NCBI GenBank assembly: GCA_030141605.1
Contig: JAQGDQ010000169.1
Coordinates: 124,001 to 188,000, forward strand
Source: Tubiluchus corallicola
Lineage: Eukaryota; Animalia; Priapulida
Direction of reading: 5' to 3'
Length of the DNA stretch: 64,000 nt
Of the stretch, positions 41,792-53,700 are shown one piece after another. Both the position numbers and the translations under genes were made by a program. Every line of letters begins with the position of its first letter. Position 1 is the first letter of the stretch. The notes under the pieces are model-generated. The model was not told the origin of the DNA and did not search any database. It saw only the letters and a list, made by a program, of their open reading frames with translations.

Positions 41792-44700
41792 GAGATAGAG
41801 AGGGAGAGAGAAAGAGAGAGAGAAAGAGAGGAGAAAGAGAAACAGAGAGAGAGAGAGAGAGTGAACGCGAAGAACAGAAAAGAGACAACAGCAGAGAGCG
41901 TGAAGAGTAATAAAACATATGTGCGGTAAAGAAAATGAAAGAAGAAACGAAACAGGCAGAAAAGTGGTATAAAAAAGAAAAAAGAAGTGTCAAGCGAAAG
42001 GTGACTGTGATAATGCACGTATCTTAAGAAAGCCAAAAAAGTCCGTCATATGAAAACATTGTTATCATCGCGAAATTTTACTGAATGGAATTAGAACATA
42101 TTCCTGATTTTCAAAACTGTCAGTTTTGTGTGATACTACAGGTGTAAAGTGTTAACAGGCCTATCACACACCATTTTTTATTGAAATTATTTATTTGCAC
42201 TATATGACAGAGAACGATAATTTCCTGCATTTTAAATCCAGTTTCAGAATTATATCTCTGCGATATACATACGAGTAAGCACTTATTCCATTAGTGCTAA
42301 TTTCAGTCAAAGAAATTGTTGAATTTGCTCGGAAGGAATTTGTAAAATTTCAGTCTTGTATAATCATTGTCTCAATAATTGAATAACGACGCGAAAGTCT
42401 GGACAATAAATTTATATTAATTTCAGCATGCAAGCTATCGGCATCGCAAACTCGTACATTAACTTATTTGAATATTTAAGAATAAGACTGAAGAAGATAA
42501 CTAAAATAAGAATGAATGGATAAAGTAAGTTTAGTGTAACGTTTACGGTGAGTGGTAAAAGAGAATTCCAATAAAAATGAAAAGCAATATTTTCAATCAT
42601 GAAAGTTGTTCTTTATTCAAAATTATTGCTGCAACAAGTGTACAAGCGCATCAATTGCAGCTGATTTAATCCAGTAGAATCAAAGTCATTGAGAACACTG
42701 TCACAGTGAAAAACACGTGAATAAGGTTGTTTGATTTATAATAATGCCAATCCAGACTCGACGGCAACAAATTAAATGGCTTGTTTGTTTCCGTTCCCAT
42801 AGCAACGTGTTTCGCCTCACTCTGTTTTATCCTCATCCGTGCGCACATATTGCTGTCGATTCTCTTTCCTTACTAAAAGAACAATTATTATTCACCTGCT
42901 GGTCTCGTAAATTATTCCATGAGTCTTTTAAATTAATGTATTAATTGTTGCTTTAAATTTAGGAGCTTAATTTTTTCAACCGTTTTAAAATTTGCAACAA
43001 ACTAGAAGGCTCTAGTTTTTTATGCGCTCTTCATTTTACATTGTGCGTAAATCAAATATTGCAAAAAAGACAAAATGGAACAGGTTATTTTTAACCAATT
43101 TGAACATCGAATATTTTTCAGAAACAATTTAACGACGAGATGATTTTTTATTTTGAATCCATACTTATTTAATAATCCTATTTACAAAACAAACCTAAGT
43201 TACTAATACAATCATTATACACCACCCAATATTAAAAATGCAGACAGGTGGTATTTTGACTGAGTTGGTCTAAGCAAAAATTAGTTTTACTGCCGTAATT
43301 AAAGTAATGCTGGCAATAATTAACACATCAGTTTTTCTAATTTCGTTGTATAAAAAGTAAGTCACGCAAAGGCACACATTTCCTCCAGTAAGTGAAAACA
43401 ATATAAAAATAAGTTTATAGGCCACTTACCCGAAACAAATTATTTTATATAATTTTTATGTATTTAACGCTTCACGGCGCAAAGGTTGCTCCTATTATTC
43501 CATACCTGTGCTGTTGTGCGTACTTTTGTTGTTAAGAAGAAGTCAGTCAGACTACTCAGTTGGTCAATCAACCAACACCAACCAACCAACCGGCCGACCA
43601 ACCAACTAACCAAGCAACTAAACCGCCTACAAATCAGCCAAGCAACAAACTAATAACGAACCAACTCGATTAACTACCGATCAATTAAATTTTCATGGGT
43701 TTTTCGGGGTGTGGTATTTTTATATCCAGGTTTTTAATAATAAGTTGAAAAGACAAACTGACCTGGAAAGATGTGCATTTAATTATAGTAAAGATCGGTA
43801 ATTTTTCGAGTAGATTATATAAAAGATATTTTCGTAGTACTGAACTCTTTCTTTCTACTAAACTTTCTCTGTATCAAATTTTTCTAGTACCAAACCTTTC
43901 CAGTACTAAACTTTCTTAGGACCAAACTTATACCGAACCACTTATAAATTGTATCAGATTTATTTGACCCACAAATGCTTGCCAAAACTTTGTCAATACC
44001 GTATTTACCAGTACCATATTTTCCTGTAACCAATAGTCCAGTGCCAAAAAATTCTTGTACCAAAAAAACTAGTACCAAATTTTCTTGTACCAAACCTACT
44101 AGTACGAAACTTACTGCGCACCTTTGCGCCGTACGAGAATATTCAAGTACTATTAGCAATAATAGTTTTCACATTGCACGGAAACCATAAAAGCACGAAT
44201 TGTTCATCATATACTAGTACAAACCGATCATTAAGCTCGTTACCTTAATTTTTGAATTACGTATAAAATAAAGTATCTAAATAAGGTAAAATCTTCATAA
44301 AGTGTCTCGCTGTGCGATACCAAATTAAGAGATGCGGCAACAGCTTCTTTGGCTGCATGGTAAATATCACTATTACATTATTAGCATATATTGTACCATA
44401 AACATCATTATACTGCATTACCGGATATGTTTGAAATTTTCTATATTTTGTAAAAATGTCTATGAATCTAACCTACATATGGCTTGAAATAAAATTTTAA
44501 CCTACTTTAGCCTATCAGCGAAGTATTTTCTAAATCTTTATCGGTATTATCCGTTCTCTTGATATAATAGTGTATCGCTTTTTTGCATGTAGTTTTGCTT
44601 TGTAAGTTTCTTATTATATTTTTAACCGAAGGTTTCAGTGGATTTAATTATAATTCGTAGGACATTGATTTTCAACGTAAAGCTCATGCAGTGAAGCTAT

Positions 44701-47700
44701 TGGAGCTTAGATCATTAACACACAGGTACACGCGACATGTATTCACTATTTCACCATTATTGAGGTGGGGGGGGGGGGAAGAAATGTCTGGAAAATTATA
44801 GAAAATATATAACGTAAGATCGAATACAAATTATTACTCAAAGCAAAAAACGAACAATGAGTTTGAATAAGATTGTTAAGTTGTAACTGACACACTATAA
44901 GTTTATGCAGAAAAAAAAATCGGCATTAATAGGAAAAATAAGTCAGATATCTATCTGTGTACAAACCTTGCATGTGACAGAAAAATATTGCACAGAGCAA
45001 TGCCATTTAAGCACCTAAATCCCAGGTGTAGCATAAGAGATTGAAAAGAGTTAAATGAGTAAATTTAAGTAGATTTTATGAAGCCTGGTGCGTTGCAAAA
45101 TTATATCTTACATTTCCCACACAAAATATTTTGCATTATGCACAGGAACATTAGATGTATTTTTTGCAGTTGCAACCGTCTTTAATACTTGACAATAAAG
45201 AGTCTAGAAGAAACACTATAGTAGAAATACGCTAATATGATGAAATATGTTGGCCAAATTACCAAGAAATGTTATCATGCATTTCTTCATCATGACATCA
45301 AATGCAATTATCATTTGCACTATCTAATTTTCCAATACATTTCTAATACATAATTAGGTTTTTGAGCACTGCAATATAAACATCGACATTGAAGCATATC
45401 AGCATAATTATTTGTACTTCATTGTTTCTGCACCCTGTATTATAACGTTACGAATGGTTACTCGAAATGACTAACTCTTGCTTTTCGCAATCTGACTCAA
45501 AATACTGTCTCAAATCCGAAGTATCGACATTGACCGGTTGAAGTTACGCAATGATTGCAATATATTCTATAATATGAAGAGAATTCGTGAAACTCCTGGG
45601 AGCCTAGCACCTGTGATTAATAAGTGTGATGTGCTGGCAGGTGTACTATTGTGTTGTTTCCTATAGGTGAAAAGCAGCTACCAGGTTAAAAACAAACAAA
45701 ATCATTACAGCTTTTCCCAGTGATGATTTATGTGCGCTGGCTTCAACATCATCAACCTGGGGTCATTGTGTAAGACATTACCTAAGGGAACACATTACAA
45801 CTGGTGAAAATTATAAATGCCTGGCAGAACAACAGTGTTCAGGTTCAATTTTTCAAAAAGTTTAAAAATATAAACTAAGATTCTTGTGCTCAGGCGTTTA
45901 AACTTCATGCAAGTTAACAGTGCATTGTAATAATTTTGTTTTTAACGCAGTTGTTAATACATGTACTCCGTTTTGATACAGTTCCATAACCAGCATGAGA
46001 TGGCTAATTCTTTTCTGAGTTCTTTTGATCTTCAAATGAACATTTTGATTCTTGCAGAGAACTATAAGCTTGCGGCACGTGGAAAACTTATACAGCTAAC
46101 AACAAATATGAATATTTACATAATCGTAAACATACGTACAATTGTATGATCCTGACGAGGTATATGTATATGTAATACAGTATGTAATAATTAACTATAG
46201 TAATATATAGTAATATATAACTATAGTAATATATATATATATATATAACTATAGGTTTATGTAATAATAAAGAATAAAGAAAGGCAATTAAAATTTACAC
46301 CGCTACAGAAGTGCTAAGATACCACAGGAAAATTATGTAAATTATATTGTGTTCTACCGGGATTACTAAACAGTTGTTAATGTCATAATATTATTGCTTT
46401 GTACAATAAACCATAACTATTTAATTTGTTCCAGCAGGAATCGGATTTACCTGTTATTATCAGAGGTTGCATTACCGCTCTCTAGTTAATTAGTTAATAC
46501 GTTTGCGCACTCATGCCTATGAAAAGTGCTAAATTACGCATTCGCCATAGTACTAATCTAGACATTTCAGTTATATAGCCACATCCGCCATCACCATCAG
46601 CCAGGTAATAAATCCAACTAAACCTCATTTCACATTATCAAAATGTTTTTCAATTCATCCGGGAGCAAGTCACTAGATGTATTAATGTCACTCCATTAAG
46701 CTATCTGATGAAACCCATCAGGCAGGTAGAGAATAGTAAACTGTCTCTGGCTTATTCAAGTTGAGCGTGTAACATGGCCGACGCAGTTTGATGATGGCTT
46801 TATTTCCGACGCGACCTTCAGAACATTAGATTGAAGCCCTGGCTAGGCTCATCATCAACATTTCCTGCAGTAAATCAGACCAGCGTTTGTCTGTTTGATA
46901 TGTAATTAACATCAGTAGCTCGGGAGTAATGAGTTCATAAAACAAGCAAGGAGTTAATCAGTGGAGTTTATGTGGTTGTACACGGGTGGATGGCTCTTAA
47001 CAACAGATTCGCGCGCCAGGCGTCTGCGTGGCGCCACCGGCGCGCACTTGGCTTTGTCTCATCTGACGTTTTTATTGCTCACTACTTGTTCTTTCTTATT
47101 TATGCAAAATTTCCTGTAAGAAAATGGACTGAAATGAGATTATGAATGTTGCTGCTAATAAAGCGATAGGTTAATCTGGCATTTAATGGTAATAGAAGGG
47201 CAGTTCCCTGGCGAGGCTAGATGCCCTAAAGCGCCATGCTTAATGCTGAGTACATGATGAGGAGTGAACGCCTCATTGATTATCTTTGTCCCCGTGTCAG
47301 ACAAACAAAAAAACCTACTAAGCTATACACAGATATGAAAGAACGTGTTTATTTTCGTACAGCGTGTTTGTTTGTTCGCCCTGGTGGCTTCATATGTGAG
47401 CGCCTAAGATGTGACGAAAAGGTGACACCTAGTCTAGATCTCATGAGAAGCCACGTAGATTTGTCCCAACAAGTTTAATATTAGTCTAATTTGATGAATA
47501 AAATGAAGAAAAAATGATGGTTCACCATTTTAACGAAACGCCTAACTAACTACGATGGTGAAAACAACGACAAAAATAATAGCAGTAACGACAGGACGAG
47601 GATGAGGATGACGACAATGACTGATTAAAAAAGGCAACAGTATTGCAATCTCAAGGCTATCGTTTAAACTATAGTTACTACCATAACCAATGTATTCATT

Positions 47701-50700
47701 AATTTTGCAACATTAATTTGATCATGAATAATTTTTCATGAGCTGTTAAATTTTGTAAATTCTAAATAAGCTTACCGAAAACTGTGTAATTAAAATGTAC
47801 TAGTTACTTGCTTATATAACAGATAAATAAATTACTAAGATGTACATATAAGTAATGAAAACATTGGAGATAACATAACTAAATAAAAAATATTAAATAA
47901 ACAATCAAATGCAAAAATTGATTGATTGATTAATTAAGTAATTAATTAAAAATAAAAGTGCAAAAAAAGAACAACTGAGCAAGTATAAATGTGTAAAAAG
48001 CAAGGGAACAAAAATACAGTATAGTACTCAATGGCTTGTGTTAAGTTTTCAACACAGTTTTTTGAACGTAAAAGGCTCCATTTTATTTTATTGGGATTAG
48101 TGTGATAATGTTTAATGAAAGCATAGTTTTGTTAACAAAGTAAGTAATTAATAGTACTTAGGTTAAAATAGCTTTAATCCCTCGAATTTAGAATAATATA
48201 CGTGTTGGCCTACTACAGAACTTAATGTCATGTATGCGTTATCATTCTTATCTTTCAAACATAATTTTAATTTTATGATGTTTTATTCCTAACACGGGCA
48301 TTTATTAGTGTTGTTGTAAAAAAGAGAAGAATAATGGGCTGAACACAGTGTTACCAAAGACTGTAAGTGACGGTGTAGCATACGAAGCCATTTATACACT
48401 AATAAATATTACCGTTATATCTAGAGTATAATTAAATTTAGTAAGGGCTGATCTTACTTTAATTTCTTTTGCTTCATAAAGTTCTCCGTTACCCATGCTG
48501 GTAATGCACATGTACAGAAGTCAGACATTTTTTCTATTTATAATGCAGCGTAGAGATGACTTCGCAGGATAAGCGTTTGCGTGACGAAGTCGTGCTTAAA
48601 TCTGATAAAGGACTCACGAACACACACGCACGATGTGTGAAAACGCCGAAACACGCATAGTAAATTTACCTGATTAAGAATATCAGTTGTTTCGCATATA
48701 TAGCGTAAAGAAGAGACTATTAATACAGCAGTTTTTTTATTTTGTTAATCGACGACATTAATTCAATGTAAGTAGCTGCACCTAAAGTTTGGAATAGCAT
48801 CCCGATTAACACTTCGTGAGGCAGCTTCTACAGCTATATTAAAAAAATTGCGCAAAATTTTCTTTATCGTAAATTTTATTCTTAATAAATTAATTTTTTT
48901 ATTTAAAAAAATGCGTGACGTTTTAATGAATTTATGTCATATGTGTAGTGAATTTCAGGGCTTGTATAATGATCCTTGGCGTAATTTTTTTTTTGCAATT
49001 TATGTTTACATACTGAAACTTTCTAATATTTCGGGATATGTGTATATTTAAAGCGCATTACGCAAATAAATATTTATTTTATTTTATTCCTAGTGTTTAT
49101 TAATTTTATTTGTTTACGAGAAGTATCACTCGCATAAATTTTACATGTTAAATGCGCAACGCATTTCGTGCGTAAATATGCTCGCTAGAACTTCTTACAA
49201 CAAAAAGTAAATTATGTTATTTAGGTTACGCCTAATTATGCGAAAGTTCATCAAAACTCATCCTCTTTAACACTCTCATTCGCTACACCGCCTTCATCTT
49301 TTTATACTTTGCAACCTATGGTCCAATAAATCGGCATGCGCCTGGAGGCCACGGAAACTGATTTGTGCGCAGCACAGGTGTTTTTTTGATTTTACATCTT
49401 GTGCCAAATTTTACGACATGCTTGCAAATTTGACGTATATGAAGGCTCGAGAAATTAGACTGTCGGCTGGAGCACGCCCAGGTGGACATTTATATTATCC
49501 ATTAGCGTGACCTCTAAAACGAAAAGGATTTCAGAGATAAAACGTTGAGATATTAAGCATACTATTTTCGCGAAAAAGTTAAAGCATACTGCTGACAATT
49601 CACTATTCAGGATGTGAAAATTGCCAGCCTTTCTAAGGTGGAATGCCTTATCACCTGTCCAACCTATGAATAGTAGACTTACATAAATAAGCCAATTGTT
49701 ACGTAAAATTTATTGCTTATAATAAGGAGTTTACTGTGTGTAGGCTGTGCGTACAATGGATTGGCCATCATCTTCAAGACTTTTTGTCAGCTATAGAGCA
49801 CTTAGCCCATGGGCATAAATATAATGTTATGATAATATCTACGAAACAATTTTTCCGTTGAATACGACCGAAATATAAATCAAGTTAAGTTTAGTGCTGA
49901 GACTGTTGATTTGCACAAGCTGTATGACACGTTGACGCTTTTGTGCTGTTGAAATATGATAGCGTAAATCCTAGAGTCCTACGTCCTGTTTTAATTAAGG
50001 ACAATGGTTTAAAGACAAGTGGTCACAGCACGTGTGACTGGTTACAGAGTTAATGGGTAGCTAATCACTGAGAAAACTGTGTGATTTTTGCACGAGTTAT
50101 TTCTTTCATTTCAAGGTGCAAAAAGTTTCAGACGTGACCTTCCTGCCCTCAGTGACCTCTGCCGGTTCAGTCTTAAGTTTAGAGGTTTGTCCTTGAAAAT
50201 GAGATAGATTTCAGTCCAATAACATCCATTCAGCATGCCGTTGAGTGCATTTCAACACCAAAATGAATTTTACAAGGAAAAACACTAAATTAACATGATT
50301 CGTCAAAAATATCCCTGAAGTTTGGTCTCAAATTATCGAAGTTAACACAATGAATTGACAAATTACGGCTCTAGCCTTTCATTCCAGCTTACTTTCTGCA
50401 AAAAAAAAAACTAAAAATAGACACTGTATATACAGTGACCAAATTTCAGTGAAATTCTGGTTGACTACCTGCTCAAAGCAAAAAGCGTGGACTAGACAAT
50501 AAGCCTAGTGATTATTTAACTAACGTAAGATTTCTTTAGTAATTACAAAACATTTTTGTGAAAGGACATTTCCTGCCGCCTGATTGCTTCTGGCGAGCTA
50601 CAGGCCGCCGAAACACTAAATTAAGTACCTGAGTTAACAACCTAGTTACATACTCATTTGTTCTACCTTTTCAGTTGTGCTCAACCAAGGACGTATTGGA

Positions 50701-53700
50701 GGTGACACGTCATTAGATACTTATAGACATCATCATACTAGTCAAGAAATCTTCCAACTTAAACCTCAAATCGATGTTAATGACATCAATCTGGTTAGTA
50801 TTTTATTGTCAACACACCTGTTGGCTTATAGTAGATCTTGCATGCCTATTATTTTAATACCTTTTAAAATCAAAATGTTTCGTCACGTTATTGCCTTAGA
50901 ACTTACACATGTATCTTGAGAGCTGAACCTAGATGAGATCTAGCAGCTGCTGAAGCCAGCGAGGCTATTAGTATTCTCGGCAAAGCAGGCACTTACTGTC
51001 ATCTGGTGGAGATTTCATAAAACGAATAATTAAAAAACATACAAGCAGCTGTATAGGCAACAGAGGTCTTGAGAAAAACCCTCACAGCCTTCAACGACAA
51101 TAATTTTATAATACCGTGCAGAAAGCGTTGTTGTTACCTCGAGGTGGAGATATACGATTTCTTAATGTGTAAACCCCTTTAAAACTACTCTTTTATTAGT
51201 TATGGACGTGACCTTAAAAAAACTTATTACCAAAACTGTTTACACATTTTTCAGGCTCTTCACGGCTTCTTGATGATTCTAACATCTGAGGGCGAAGTCT
51301 TCTTCGTGTCGTCCGGAATAGAAACATATCTGGGTTTCCATCAGGTACAGCGTTAAAAACTGATCATAGCTGTAACTTAATCAGGACTTACCAATAGGCC
51401 ATTGGTAGGCCACTGGCCTAGGGCCCACGGGGATCTAGGGCCCACTGAAACTAATTTGTCACGCAGCGTGCTAGCGTGTAACCTCGTTTCAAATATATAC
51501 TAGGTATTTCATTATACAGTCAGTATATTTAAAACCTGAGGGCGTCTGTATAATAAGTATAGGTTCGGAATATGGGTCTGTGGCCCACTGGTAGGCCAAT
51601 GTGTTGTTCTCACGCGCCCCCCTAAAGTTTGGTGTAGGGCCCGCAAGTAGATAAATCCGACCCTGAACGTAACAGTTCTTTGTAACATTGTCCTGGAAAG
51701 TATTTTGTTCTGCTATTGTTATACTGCTATTCGTGTTTGTCAAGTGTAAATATATAAATTCTAAATCAAAGTCGTAGTATCATCCGCTTTTCTCTTTAAG
51801 TGAAGTAATGAATTAACTCATACTTTATCGTAAGAAGCCCAAACAGATAGAAGTATATTTTTCAGTCTGACATTGTACATCAAAGTGTGTATGAACTCAT
51901 TCACTCTGAAGATAGGGAAGAGTTACGACGGCAGCTTGCGTGGAGTGCTTTTTTACCACCGGAGCGGCTTAACATGAGTTTACATGAGCTAATGTTACCA
52001 GGTATGCCGATTTAAAATGATAAAATCTGTAAAAAATAACTGTCTTTTCATTTATGTTTACTATATTTGTGGTATTTGGTACGTACACACAGATAATGAG
52101 CGCTGCTTTCTCATTTTTGCGTAGTGTCTACATCATGCACTGAACAAACTATTTGTCCGCGTTAGTACTTTATCAATGCAAACAAACTGTATTAGAATAT
52201 ATATGATAACTATTTTAATAGGATAGGTAGGATGAACTTCATTGTTTCTGTTTCCATGTTGAATACTCTGTATACAACATTTGGTAAACCTTTTTTCTAC
52301 AGACTTCTGAACACGTTTCATACGGTGCTTTAGTAGCATAAAGCACAATTTTTGACCTGTGGTGAGTGATTTTTATTTTATTTTTGTTTAGAAAACTGCC
52401 AATATTTAGAAAGATGTTTTACTTTACGATTTCGATGTCTGTTAGATAACACATCGGGGTTTCTAGTAAGTATGACAATCCTTCAAGAAGTGTCATGACA
52501 GACAAGTATCATGATTATTAACTTCACACAGTGTTACATGTAACATTTACGAAAATGAAACTAAAACTGATAATATATAATTGATTTTTAAATGTTTGTT
52601 TGCTACCTGGAAGTATGGGTATCGTAAATGCGAAGGCAAATGTTTTTGTATAGCTTGAAAATTGAACTCTTGGAATTTTTGATTTATAGTTATTAGTCAA
52701 ACATTCTTTAACAGTCTATATCTGGTCAAACGACCTTAACTTCATTTTGAAAGCCTGGCTATCATGTGTAAGATCCACCAAATGCAAATTCTTCTAATCA
52801 TTAGTAGTAAATATGACACACCCCTTTTTTAATTAGTAGTCTTCGAAATATAATGCGTTTTTTGTGTTTGTTTCTTTTCCGTCATTTGCTCACACAAGTT
52901 TTTATTTTTGCACAGGTTGAAAATGTGGAGAAGAATGATATTTGCATAAGTTTCTAGTCTTGTAGTGGTTAAAATAAGAGAAAGAATGATGTTTGCACAA
53001 GTGGTTTTTATTTTTGCAGAGGTTGGAAATGCGGGGAAGAATGATGTTACTCAATGGTCAGAATCTGCGAACGTGTGAAGACCAGCCTCTGGCATTTTTT
53101 GCAATCTGCTGTCCGTTTGGTCCTCCGTCCATGATGGATATACCACAGCGAGAAGTCATGTTTAAAAGCAAACACAAGCTGGATTTGTGCATTATCTCAA
53201 TGGAACCCAGGTTCGTTTCATTAACCTATTTTCACATTTATCTGTTTTCTAGTCATGGAATAGTAGTAGATATCATAGAGGCAATTAATAAGTTATGCAC
53301 CAAAAAAATATAATCTTGCTGATAAATTACATTAAAATTAGCATGGAATATTCTCTGCCTGAGTGACACATCTTTAAATGAACTTACATCTTCACACATT
53401 GAGCTGTACACACTGTTGTTGTAACCTAATCCGAATTCTAACATAACTGGTCACCTGAATAAAATGCGTGCATTGTACAGGGTACCTTAATTACTGATGC
53501 GATTCATTAGTCAGATTATTTGTAATGTCCACCAATGGTTTCTAGGGGAAAGTTACTACTTGGTTACGAAGATAACGACCTGGCTAATAAAGGTGGCTAC
53601 GATATTATTCACTACGATGATCTAACGTATGTTGCTGCAGCACATCAAGAGTGTAAGTGATATTTACTAGTGATAAATTTATGAAAAAATGACTGTATAA

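Noticed and set aside
44767-44778. G12 homopolymer as a G-quadruplex element
   Set aside because: Isolated short run with no supporting context; homopolymer length is also error-prone.
13791-51942. Multiple XRE cores TNGCGTG (e.g. 13791, 39488, 39523, 48577) suggesting AHR autoregulation
   Set aside because: My rough count is not clearly above chance for a 7-mer with one free position in 64 kb, and several copies sit inside CA/TG microsatellites; needs a proper enrichment test or ChIP.
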